Positions 9,972 to 19,757 of a DNA stretch of 64,000 bases are shown here, piece after piece. The DNA comes from Thermoanaerobaculia bacterium. Lineage in GTDB: Bacteria; Acidobacteriota; Thermoanaerobaculia; UBA5066. Position 1 is the first letter of the stretch, and every line of letters starts with the position of its first letter. The stretch is taken from positions 416,001 to 480,000 of the forward strand of contig CAWFJJ010000028.1 of the NCBI GenBank assembly GCA_963816185.1. Direction: 5' to 3'. The translations under genes were made by a program, and so were the position numbers. The notes beneath the pieces are model-generated. The model did no database searches, was not told where the DNA came from, and saw nothing but the letters and a program-made list of their open reading frames with translations.

Positions 9972-10610
9972 GTGAGCGAGATCCGCTATCGGGAGGCGAG
10001 GTCCGCGGACGAGATTCTGAGAGAGTCGGAGAGCTTCTTTGCTGGAAAAGGGGCGGTCCACGTAACGCTCCGCTCTCTGGTCGATCGCCTCGCGGAAGAG
10101 TCGATTCCGTACGCCATCGTCGGCGGGATGGCCTTGAACCTCTTCGGGTTCGCTCGCCAGACGGTCGACGTCGACGTCCTCCTGACAAAAGAGGGGCTCG
10201 AAAAGTTCCGCGAGCGATTCGTCGGACGAAGCTATGTGCCCGCTTTTCCGGCCGCCGCCAAGGCGTTCCGGGACGTCGACACTCGCGTTCGGATCGATTT
10301 CCTGACGACCGGCGAATACCCCGGTGACGGGAAACCCAAACCTGTCGCGTTCCCGGATCCCTCTCTCTCGGCCATCGACCGCGGCCCATACCGGGTCATC
10401 ACCCTCGAGAAGCTGATCGATCTCAAGCTGGCCTCGGGACTCTCCGCTCCGCATCGGATGGGGGATCTCGTCGATGTGCAGCGCCTCGTCGAGGAGCTTC
10501 ACCTGCCCCTCGACCTGGACGCGAGGCTTGATCCGAGCGTCCGCGCCGAGTACCGCCGTCTCTGGGAGCTCGCGCAGCACGCCGGCGACGGGCCGCAGGA
10601 ACGAGGCTGA
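9972..10610 (+). CDS. Hypothetical nucleotidyltransferase-fold protein
   Basis: YAIVGGMALNLFGFARQTVDVDVLL (GG..RxTxDxD), LIDLKLASG, DLVDV. Confidence 0.7.
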   Translation: MSEIRYREARSADEILRESESFFAGKGAVHVTLRSLVDRLAEESIPYAIVGGMALNLFGFARQTVDVDVLLTKEGLEKFRERFVGRSYVPAFPAAAKAFRDVDTRVRIDFLTTGEYPGDGKPKPVAFPDPSLSAIDRGPYRVITLEKLIDLKLASGLSAPHRMGDLVDVQRLVEELHLPLDLDARLDPSVRAEYRRLWELAQHAGDGPQERG

Positions 10611-10657
10611 TGGTCCGCCGGCAAGAAACGGCGCCCGCCGGACGTTAGACTTTGTCC

Positions 10658-12499
10658 GTGGCCGCCCCGGACCTCTCCCTCTATCCAGACCAGCCCGGCA
10701 TCTACCTCTACAAGGACGCGAAAGGGAAGATCCTCTACGTCGGAAAAGCGAGATCCATCCGCAAGAGGCTCGCGTCGTACTTCAACGCCGGCCCGAAGCA
10801 CGTGCGCACCGAGGCGATGCTCGCCGAGTTCGTCTCGATCGACACGGTCGTCGCCAAGACCGAGAGCGAGGCGCTCGCCCTCGAGAACGCGTTCATCAAG
10901 AAGCACAAGCCGCGCTACAACATCCTGCTCCGCGACGACAAGACGTACCCCTACATCAAGGTCACGACGGGGGAGGACTGGCCGCGCGCGTTCGTGACAC
11001 GGCGGGTCCTGAAAGACGGCCACAGCTACTTCGGGCCATTCCTCCCGGCGCGCACGTGCCGCGGCGCGATGAAGATGGTCCAGCGGATGTTCCAGATCCG
11101 CACGTGCCGCATCGAGATCGACGGGACGCTGCCGCGCCCATGTCTCTATTACGACATGCACGCCTGCCTCGGCCCGTGCGTCTCCGGCCTCACGACGAAG
11201 AGCGCGTACGACGACGCCGTGAAAGACGTGCTTCTCTTCCTCTCCGGGCGGAACGAGGAGCTCAAGCCGCGGTTGGAGATGAAGATGCGTACCGCCGCGG
11301 AATCGGAGAGCTTCGAGATGGCCGCGGCATACCGCGATTGCCTGCGGACGGTCGAGGAGCTCGCCGAGAAACAGCGCGTGCAGTCGATGTCGGGCGAGGA
11401 CGTGGACATCTTCGGAGATTTCTTCGATGGAGGAAATCTGGCGATTTCCGTGCTCCTCGTACGCGGAGGCGTGGTCCTCGATTCGCGCGAGTATTACTGG
11501 GAGGGGATCGGCGAGGTGCCTCCCGAGGAGCTCTGGGTTTCGCTCCTTTCGCAGTATTACGACACGATCGCGGACGGCTCTTTCCTGCCCCGCGAGATCC
11601 TCCTGCCGATCGACCTGCCCGAGGACGCCCTCGAGCCGATCGAAACCTGGCTGTCCGAGCGACGGGGCTCGAAGGTCGTCATCAAGACGCCGCGGCGCGG
11701 CGCGGCCTTCGAGCGCGTGCAGATCGCCCGCGACAACGCGCGCCAGAATCACCTGCGGCGCTTCCGCCGGGTGCGCGAGCGCGGGGAGAAGGCGACGCTC
11801 GCCCTCGCGAAGGCGCTCGACCTGGATCGCCGTCCGTCCCGGATCGAATGCTTCGACATCTCACACCTCTCGGGGAGCGAGACGTACGCGTCCTGCGTCG
11901 TCTTCGTGGACGGCGAGCCCGCGAAGGACGAGTACCGCCTGTTCCGCATCGAGCGGCCGGGCGTCGACGACTTCGCATCGATCGCCGAGGCCGTCTCGCG
12001 CCGCTACGCGCACGCGAGAGACGAGGCGAGACCGCTGCCCGACCTTCTCCTGATCGACGGGGGAAAGGGCCAGCTCTCGGCGGCTCTTGGGGCGCTCGAC
12101 CGGATCGGAATCGACCTGGCAGCGGCCTCTCTCGCGAAGCGGGAAGAGCAGGTGTTCGTGCCGGGCCGCTCCGCGCCGATCGTGCTCCCGCGGACGAACG
12201 CCGGCCTCAAGCTGCTCCAGCGTGCTCGTGACGAGGCGCATCGCTTCGGTCTGAAGACGCATCGCCGGGCCCGCGGCAAGCATGCCCTCGAGAGTCCTCT
12301 TCTCGCGATCAGCGGCCTCGGACCTGCCCGCGTAAAGATTCTTCTCGCCGCCTTCGGAGGCTCCGAGGCGGTCCTCGCGGCCAGCGACGAGGCGCTCGCG
12401 GCGGTCGCCGGCAAGGCCGTCGCTGCCCGGATCAGGCGATTTCGCGAGCAGCACGTCGCCGAAAGATCCGCTGGCGCTGCTACACTTTCCGAGGAATGA
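10658..12499 (+). CDS. uvrC: Excinuclease ABC subunit C
   Basis: PDQPGIYLY..ILYVGKA GIY-YIG domain, PRYNILLRDDKTYPYI, RIECFDISH, LIDGGKGQ, RDEAHRF. Start is GTG 10658 or TTG 10652. Confidence 0.97.
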   Translation: MAAPDLSLYPDQPGIYLYKDAKGKILYVGKARSIRKRLASYFNAGPKHVRTEAMLAEFVSIDTVVAKTESEALALENAFIKKHKPRYNILLRDDKTYPYIKVTTGEDWPRAFVTRRVLKDGHSYFGPFLPARTCRGAMKMVQRMFQIRTCRIEIDGTLPRPCLYYDMHACLGPCVSGLTTKSAYDDAVKDVLLFLSGRNEELKPRLEMKMRTAAESESFEMAAAYRDCLRTVEELAEKQRVQSMSGEDVDIFGDFFDGGNLAISVLLVRGGVVLDSREYYWEGIGEVPPEELWVSLLSQYYDTIADGSFLPREILLPIDLPEDALEPIETWLSERRGSKVVIKTPRRGAAFERVQIARDNARQNHLRRFRRVRERGEKATLALAKALDLDRRPSRIECFDISHLSGSETYASCVVFVDGEPAKDEYRLFRIERPGVDDFASIAEAVSRRYAHARDEARPLPDLLLIDGGKGQLSAALGALDRIGIDLAAASLAKREEQVFVPGRSAPIVLPRTNAGLKLLQRARDEAHRFGLKTHRRARGKHALESPLLAISGLGPARVKILLAAFGGSEAVLAASDEALAAVAGKAVAARIRRFREQHVAERSAGAATLSEE

Positions 12500-14007
12500 C
12501 GCCCTCCAGCAGCGACAGCCGCATCCGGATGCTGACCGGCGGATCCCTCGACCGAATCCCGTTCGCCGAGGTGGTCCGAAGCCTCTATCGGGAGCGCACG
12601 ACGGCGAAACTGCTCGTGTCCCGGAGCGGCGAGGAGCGGACATTCTCGTTCGATCGGGGCCAGATTCTCTTCGCGAGCTCGAATCGCGAGGCGCAGCTCG
12701 TCGGCGAGCTTCTTCGAACGTTCGGCCTTGCCGACGAGAACCTCCTCCTGTCCGCCTTCGAGAGAGCGCTGAACGAGCCTGGCCAGGGCCTCGCCCGGGC
12801 GCTCACCGAGTCGGGAGCCGTCCCCGGTTACATCGCGGAGGCCGCCGTCCGGGCCCTCTCGGAGCGCCTCTTCTTCGACACGCTCAAGTGGACGAGCGGG
12901 GTCTTCACGGTAACGCCCGTCGACACGGCGCCCGACGTGCCCGCAAAGATGGAGCGCCCGACGGGAGGAATGCTTCTCGAGGCTCTCCGCCGCGTGCCGG
13001 CTCCGGCATCCCAGCTCAACTCTCCTCTCGATCCGGGGTCGCGGCCGGTGTTCGCGTCCGATCTCCTCCTTCGCTATCAGGCGATTCTCGTCTCGGCCGA
13101 GGAAGCGGAGGTGCTCGGCAAGGTGGATGGAGCTACGACCGTGGAGCAGATACACCGCGACCAGCGCATCGTCGCGCGCCTCGCCGCCACGGGCCTTTTG
13201 CAGCTCGTGGCTCAGGGAAGGCCCATCGAAAAGAGCGGCGTCAACGAAGGTCTCCTGTTCCTCAACGTCGAGATCGCGGGCGCGCAGCCTCCCGCGCGCG
13301 TCGCCGAGCAGCACGAGCTCCAGCGCGAGCTCGTCTGGAACACCTATCGGCGCCTCGACTGGGCTTCCCACTACGATCTTCTCGGCGTCGAGGCGGGGGA
13401 TCCGGTCGATACGATCGTGAAGGCGCTCCACGAGCGCGCACGCCTCTTCCACCCCGACCATCATCTGAAATCGCATCTTCTGGACGCCCGCGAGGCCCTC
13501 GAGGCGCTGTTCGCGCGCCTCCGAAAAGCCGAGCGCGCCTTTCGGACCCCCGAGACGCGGGCGGCCTACGACCGGACGCTGGAAGTGAGTGCGGACACCA
13601 TCTCGCTTCCGGGCACCCAGCCGACGGCGGAGGTCCAGAAGGAGATCGCCCGCAAGAACTATGCAAGGGCGAAGGCGCTGTACGAGGAGGAGGACTTCTA
13701 CCCGGCGTACGAGATGACGCGCCAGGCCGTCGAGTTCGACCCGGGCCAGAAAGAGTACTGGGTGCTTCTTGCGAGGATTCAGCGCAAGAACCCGAAGTGG
13801 GTGCGGCACGCCACCGAGACGATGCGGCGCGCCGTCAAATACATCCCGGAGAACGTCGAGCTCTGGTGGGAGCTCGCGGAAGCGTGCCTTCACGAACGGA
13901 ACGAGCCCGAGCGCGTGAAAGCCCTGAAAGAGGTGATGCGGCTCGACCCGGCGAATCGCAGGGCACAATCCGCGCTGTCCGAGATCTCGGCCAAGGCGGG
14001 CCGATGA
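12496..14007 (+). CDS. DUF4388-like N-terminal domain + DnaJ domain + TPR protein
   Basis: GSLDRIPFAEVV..FDRGQILFASS; J-domain HYDLLGV..ARLFHPD..RAAYD; C-terminal TPR-like helices. Confidence 0.75.
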   Translation: MTPSSSDSRIRMLTGGSLDRIPFAEVVRSLYRERTTAKLLVSRSGEERTFSFDRGQILFASSNREAQLVGELLRTFGLADENLLLSAFERALNEPGQGLARALTESGAVPGYIAEAAVRALSERLFFDTLKWTSGVFTVTPVDTAPDVPAKMERPTGGMLLEALRRVPAPASQLNSPLDPGSRPVFASDLLLRYQAILVSAEEAEVLGKVDGATTVEQIHRDQRIVARLAATGLLQLVAQGRPIEKSGVNEGLLFLNVEIAGAQPPARVAEQHELQRELVWNTYRRLDWASHYDLLGVEAGDPVDTIVKALHERARLFHPDHHLKSHLLDAREALEALFARLRKAERAFRTPETRAAYDRTLEVSADTISLPGTQPTAEVQKEIARKNYARAKALYEEEDFYPAYEMTRQAVEFDPGQKEYWVLLARIQRKNPKWVRHATETMRRAVKYIPENVELWWELAEACLHERNEPERVKALKEVMRLDPANRRAQSALSEISAKAGR

Positions 14008-14618
14008 CGAACGGGCTTCCCCAGCTCTTCGGGACAGGGCTCGGCCTCTCGGCGGCGGCGGGCCTCAACTCCTATGCCGTCCTTCTCGTGTACGGTGCGA
14101 TGGCGCGTTTTTTTCCCGAGGATTATCCAGGCGCGATCGCCCGCTTGCTTGCCTCGACGCCGGCCCTCGGTGTCGCCGCCGTTCTCTTTCTCATGGAATT
14201 CATTGCCGACAAGATCCCCGGACTCGACCATTTCTGGCATCTCCTGCATTCGTTCGTGAGGCCGGTCGTGGGCGCCCTCGTCGCTCTCGCCGTCGTGCAG
14301 CCCGAAGGTTCGACGGTCCTGAACGTCGCCGCGGCCGGGTCGGGCGGAGCGGTCGCCCTCGTCTCGCATCTCGTGAAGAGCGCCACGCGCCTCACGTCGA
14401 CGGCTCTCACCGCGGGCATCGCGAACGCCGGGCTCTCGCTCGCCGAAGACATTCTCGCCTTCCTGCAGAGCCTCGTCTCGATCTTCCTGCCTCTCGTGGC
14501 GCTCGTCGTCGTCGCCGCGATCGGGCTGATCTTCGTCCTCACGATTCCGCGGATGGCACGCTTCCTCGATTTGTTCGGGAGGCGGCGGCCGCGTCGGGAG
14601 ATCCCCCCGCCCGCCTGA
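14004..14618 (+). CDS. DUF4126-like membrane protein
   Basis: GLSAAAGLNSY, EFIADKIPGLDHFW, SLAEDI; hydrophobic. Confidence 0.75.
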   Translation: MTNGLPQLFGTGLGLSAAAGLNSYAVLLVYGAMARFFPEDYPGAIARLLASTPALGVAAVLFLMEFIADKIPGLDHFWHLLHSFVRPVVGALVALAVVQPEGSTVLNVAAAGSGGAVALVSHLVKSATRLTSTALTAGIANAGLSLAEDILAFLQSLVSIFLPLVALVVVAAIGLIFVLTIPRMARFLDLFGRRRPRREIPPPA

Positions 14619-14666
14619 CCGTCAGGCCCGGCAGCCTTCGCGCACTTCCCGTTGGAGGAACCCCCG

Positions 14667-17600
14667 ATGACGCCACGTCCGCCGCGCCTGTTCGCCCTCG
14701 TTCTCGTGCTCCTCCTGGGCGCTCCTCGGCTCTCGCTCTTCGCCCGGAGGACCCGGCGACGGTCGTCGGATCGGTGCCACGCGAGGTCGCCGGCGCCCGG
14801 GAGATCGCGCGCCTCGACGGCAGCCTCCGCCTCGATCGCGTCGTTCTCGTTCTGCCGCGGCGCGATCCGGAGGGCCTCGCGCGCCTCCTCGCCGACCAGC
14901 ACGACCCGGCTTCTCCGGATTTTCACCGCTGGCTTTCCCCCGCCGAGTTCGAGCGGCGCTTCGGCGCCTCCGACGAGGACGTCGCCGCCTTGGTCAGCTG
15001 GCTCACGAGTCACGGCCTCGAGGTCGAGGATGCCCCGGCGGGACGCGCGGCGCTCGTGTTCTCGGGCCGCGTGGCCGACATCGAGGGCGCCTTCGACACG
15101 GAGGTGCACGAGGTCTTCGCCGAGGGCAAGGTCCGGATCGCGAACGTGAGGCCGCCGCACCTTCCGCCCGATCTCGCGCGGCGCGTCACGGGCGTGCTTT
15201 CGCTTCACTCGTTTCCGCACCGCCACCCGCTCGCGCAGCGGAAGCCCGCCAACACGTCCGGAGGAGAACACACTCTCGCGCCGGCCGACTTCACGGCGAT
15301 CTACGACGTGGATGCTCTCGCCGCCTCCGGAATCAACGGCGTCGGCCGAACGATCGGCCTCATCGCACAGACGAACGTCAACGTCGCGGACACGACGTTC
15401 TTCCGACAGACCTTCGGCCTGCCGATCAACGACCCCGTCGTCGTCCTGAACGGACCGGACCCCGGAATCACGCCGGACGACGAGACCGAATCCGATCTCG
15501 ACCTCCAGTGGTCCGGGGCGGTCGCTCCGGCGGCGCATACGATTCTCATCGCGACGAAATCGACCGATACGAGCTTCGGCGTCGATCTTTCGGCCCTCTA
15601 CGCCGTCAGCCACGACGTCGCGGATGTGCTCTCGCTTTCGTACGGCGGATGCGAGGCTGACTTCAGCGACACGGACACGGCTTTCTATACGAACGTCTGG
15701 GCGCAGGCGGCGGCGCAGGGAATCTCCGTGATGGTGGCCTCGGGAGACAGCGGCGTCGCGGGCTGCCAGAATTCCACGGACGCGACGGGGACGACGTTCG
15801 GGGTGAACGGGCTGGGCTCGTCGCCTTACGCCACGTGCGTCGGGGGCACGCAGTTTCTCGACACGGACAACCCGTCGAACTACTGGAACCCGACAAACGA
15901 CCCGACGACGAAAAAATCCGTGAAGGGTTACATACCGGAGACGACCTGGAACGAAAGCGGCGCGGTGCCCGGCGGTTCGACGCTGCTGGGGACGGGTGGC
16001 GGCCGGAGCATCCTTTTCGCGCGCCCGCCCTGGCAGAACGTCGCCGGCCTTCCCGCGGACAACGCCCGTTACGTGCCCGACGTCTCCGTCGCCGCCGCCA
16101 CGCACACCGGATACCTCATGGTTCAAGGGCACACGACAGGGTCGAGCGGACTGTTTGCCGTGGCAGGTACGTCGGCTTCGTCCCCCGCCTTCGCCGGCAT
16201 CGCCGCGCTTCTCGCGCAGAGAGCCGGCGGACGGCTCGGAAACCTGAACCCGCTCCTCTATGCGGTCGGTCGGGCGCAGTACGGCCTCGCGAGCGCGTCG
16301 GCCACGACGCCGCTCGCGGCCGGCTCGCCCGCCTTCCACGATGTCACCACCGGCAACAATTCGGTCCCCGGCCTCACGGGGTACGCGGCCGGACCCGGCT
16401 ACGATGCCGCGACCGGCCTTGGCTCCGTCGACGCGGCAGCGCTCACCGCATCGCTTCCGGCTCCCGCACCGGGCACGACCGATTTCACGCTCGGAGCGAA
16501 CCCCGCGGCGCCGACTCTTCCGGCGTGCGGTACGGTCATCGTGAACCTCACGCTCTCCCAGATCGGCGCCGCGGACGGCGACGCGGTGGCCACGGTTACG
16601 ATCGCCGGGCTGCCCGCGGGTGTGGCGGCAGAGTTCCGGCCGGGAAATCCCGCGAAGGTTTTCTCCGTGGGCGTCCTTTCGCGCACACAGCCCGGAACGC
16701 TGACCCTGACCTCCACAGGCTCGACGGTCGCCGGCACCTATCCCCTCGACCTCGCGGCGACGTCCGGATCCGTCGTCCGGCACGTCACCCTTTCTCTCAC
16801 GGTGGTAAGCGGCGGTGCGGCACCGGGCTCATGTGTCGGCGTCCAGGCACCTGTGGTGCTCGACGTCTTCGGCGCGGCTTCGTCGCACTACACGTCGGAC
16901 TTCGTCGCGGTGAACCGCAGCGCGAGCCGACGCGACACTCGTCCTCGTCTACGTTCCCGCGGCCGGCACGCCCGGCGCCGGCGGACCCGCCGTGGCGCGT
17001 ACGCTTCCCGCGGGGCAGCAGCTCTACATTCCGGACGTCATCGCGTTCCTCGCGGCGAACGGCTGGGCGCTGCCTCCGGACGGGTCCGGGAAGCTCGGAA
17101 CGCTCTTTGCCACGTTCGTCGGGGTGAGCGACCCGGCCGCGGTCTTCGCCGGCTCGCGCACGTCCACCCCGAACCTCTCGGCCTCCGTCGGCGGAGCCTT
17201 CGGTACCTTCGCACCGGCGGTTCCGTCGGGCAGCGCGACCTCGTCCGGCGACGCCTGGATCTACGGGTTGCGCGAGAACGCATCCTTCCGCTCGAACCTC
17301 GCGCGTGGTCCACGCTCCCGGCACCGCCTCCGGCATGACCTCCGGCCCCGTCTCAATCGAGATCCAGCTCTACGATGGCGACAGTGGCGCGCCGGCGGGA
17401 GCACCTCTCACGCAGACCCTTCAGCCGGGCGCGTTCTTCCAGTTCAACTCGATCCTCCGGTACACCTCCGAGCTGGCCCAGATGGGAATCACGAACGGCT
17501 ACGCGCGGGTGCGGCGTACGTCCGGCACCGACCGGTTCATCGCCTACGGCGTCGTGAACGACGGCGGCAGCGCGGGCGGAGGCACCTCGGACGGCAGCTT

Positions 17601-18342
17601 CCTCGCGTCGAACGCGACCGAGGGTCTCTTGCCGATCGTGCTCGACGTCCCGGGCCCGCCGCACTTCACGACGGACCTCACGCTCACGAACCCGACGTCC
17701 GCGCCCGTCACGGTCACCCTGACGTATACGGCGTCGTCGGCGTTCTCGGGGCAGGGGAGCGGGACGCGCACGACCACGCTCGCCCCCCGCCAGCAGCTCG
17801 TGCAGGCGAACGCGCTCTCCTACCTGCGCGGGCTCGGACTCGCGATCCCCACGACGGGCGACCAGGGTGGCACGCTGCTCGTCGCCGGCGCGGTCGCGCA
17901 GGCGCGCACGTCGAACCCGAACCCCGACGCGACCGTAGGCGGGTCGTACGGGCTGTCGTATCCGGCCGTTGCGGCGTCCGCACGCGCAAAGGGCGAGGCG
18001 TGGGTTTTCGGCCTACGGCAGGATGCGGACGTCCGCACCAACCTCGCGATCGCGGACGGGCGCGCCGGAAACGGCGCGACGGTCAACTACGTCATCGACG
18101 TCTTCGATGCCGACACCGGCTCCGCGACGCCCGTCCAGGCCCTGATTCGCTCGTTGACGGGCGGAGATTGGACGCAGATCAACGGAATCCTCTCGGGGGC
18201 CGGTATCGCGCACGGATACGTGCGGATTCGACCGGACTCGGGTACGTCGGATTTCGTCGTCTACGGAGTCGTGAACGACGGGCCCTCGGCGGGCTCACGC
18301 ACCTCGGACGGCTCGTACATCCCGATGGTGGTCGTGAATTAG
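14667..18342 (+). CDS. Secreted S53 (sedolisin/kumamolisin) peptidase with prodomain and long C-terminal extension; 3 apparent frameshifts (~14745, ~16925, ~17303)
   Basis: Signal peptide at 14667; prodomain DPASPDFHRWLSPAEFERRFG; catalytic ExxxD (ESDLD), ASGDSG, GTSASSP, GYDAATGLGS. Confidence 0.85.
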
Positions 18343-18456
18343 GGACAGAGAGAATTCGGATTTCTTAGAAAGTGTGAGGAGCCGCCGCGCCTTCTCGAAG
18401 TGAAGGCGCGCCTGCCGATCCCGCGTCCTTCAGCCTTCTAAGAAATCGTTCTCTTC
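18340..18456. repeat. Inverted pair of the TTCTTAGAA repeat
   Basis: TTCTTAGAA 18362 and TTCTAAGAA 18436; the spacer holds the hairpin CGCGCCTTC-N7-GAAGGCGCG. Confidence 0.75.
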
Positions 18457-18466
18457 GAAACCGCGA

Positions 18467-18472
18467 TAAACT
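18467..18472 (+). promoter_or_regulatory. -10 box of the rnpB promoter
   Basis: TAAACT 6 nt before the start of the P1 helix. Confidence 0.55.
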
Positions 18473-18478
18473 GCGCAT

Positions 18479-18880
18479 GACTCGGGCCGGACAGGCGGTC
18501 GCCGCTCTCGACGCTTCGGCGGAAGGAGGGGAGGAAAGTCCGGACTCCCGCGGGCAGCGTGCCGGAGAAATTCCGGTCGGGGCAACCCGAAGGAAAGTGG
18601 CACAGAAAACACACCGCCGACGCGCCGCAAGGCGCAGGTAAGGGTGAAAAGGTGCGGTAAGAGCGCACCGCGGTTCCGGCAACGGGACCGGCAGGCGAAA
18701 CCCCACGCGGAGCAAGGCCAAATAGGGTGACGGAAGGGGCGCCCGCCCCCGCGGTTTCGGCCGACGTCACCGGGTCGGTCGCTCGAGCCCGTTCGAAAGA
18801 GCGGGCCTGGAGGAATGACCGCCGGCTGGAAGGCGCGAGCCGACCGGTTACAGAATCCGGCTTATCGTCCGGCCCGAGTC
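18479..18880 (+). ncRNA. rnpB: RNase P RNA (class A)
   Basis: GAGGAAAGTCCGG, AGGGTGAAAAGGTGCGGTAAGAGCGCACC, GAGCAAGGCCAAATAG, ACAGAATCCGGCTTA; ends pair as GACTCGGGCCGGAC / GTCCGGCCCGAGTC. Confidence 0.97.
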
Positions 18881-18969
18881 ACTCTCCGGGGGCTTGGCTT
18901 CGCGCGCCCCCGGCCCCCCGGCTGCGGCGCACATCGAAGTCATCCGGCTTCGGCTAAACTCCCCGGACC

Positions 18970-19752
18970 GTGAAGGTCGTCGTCAAGTCCGGCGCACCGG
19001 GTGGATTCACCGACTACCTCGCTCGCTTCTCGGCCGGCCAGCCCATCTTCGGGGAGGGCGAGGTCGGCACGGAGATGTTCGTCATCCAGTCCGGCACGGT
19101 GGAGATCTACAAACGCAGCCGGCGCAACGAGGAAAAGCTCCTCGCGACGCTCGAGAAGGGCGACTTCTTCGGCGAGATGTCGATCCTCGAGGACGTCCCC
19201 CGCACGGCTTCGGCACGCGCGAAGACCGACTGCGAGCTCGTGCGTATCAACCAGTCGACGTTCGACGAGATGCTCCGCCACAACGCGGAGATCGCCGTGC
19301 GCATGCTTCGCAAGCTCTCCCGTCGGTTGCGCGAGACGACGAAGCTGCTCGAGCAGTCGACGGGCGCTGCCCCCGCTCTCGACGAAAGCTCGTCCGACAT
19401 CTTCGCGAAGGTGTCCGAGCGCCACGACATCTTCCGCCTCGTCGCCGCGAGCGGCGAGGAGTTCTTCCTGAACCGCGACGGAGAGACGACCGTGGGACGA
19501 GTCGATCCGGTCACGGGCATCAAGCCGGACGTGGACCTCGCGAATCTCGATACGCAGCGCTCCGTCTCGAGGCGGCACTCGAAGATCGTCCGCGAAGGCG
19601 GCGAATTCCGCGTCGTCGAGGAGATCGGTACCATGAACGGCACGTTCGTGAACGGCGCGCGCATCGTCACGGGACAGCCGATCACGATCAAGGACGGAGA
19701 CCGCACGCGCTTCGGCCTCGTCGACCTCACGTTTCGCGTCAGCAAGGCGTAG
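18970..19752 (+). CDS. Cyclic-nucleotide-binding domain + FHA domain protein
   Basis: IFGEGE..MFVIQSGTVEI..FFGEMSIL..PRTASARA; FHA VGR..VSRRH..TMNGTFVNG. Confidence 0.88.
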   Translation: MKVVVKSGAPGGFTDYLARFSAGQPIFGEGEVGTEMFVIQSGTVEIYKRSRRNEEKLLATLEKGDFFGEMSILEDVPRTASARAKTDCELVRINQSTFDEMLRHNAEIAVRMLRKLSRRLRETTKLLEQSTGAAPALDESSSDIFAKVSERHDIFRLVAASGEEFFLNRDGETTVGRVDPVTGIKPDVDLANLDTQRSVSRRHSKIVREGGEFRVVEEIGTMNGTFVNGARIVTGQPITIKDGDRTRFGLVDLTFRVSKA

Positions 19753-19757
19753 GAGAG

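Noticed and set aside
14123-16783. Long antisense and alternative-frame ORFs (e.g. 886 aa here; also 12004-13968, 27048-28940, 48985-50889)
   Set aside because: They are R/A/G/P-rich shadows of real genes, expected at high GC, with no recognisable motifs.
18365-18957. Short ORFs overlapping 18.4-18.9 kb
   Set aside because: They overlap the RNase P RNA and are shadow ORFs.
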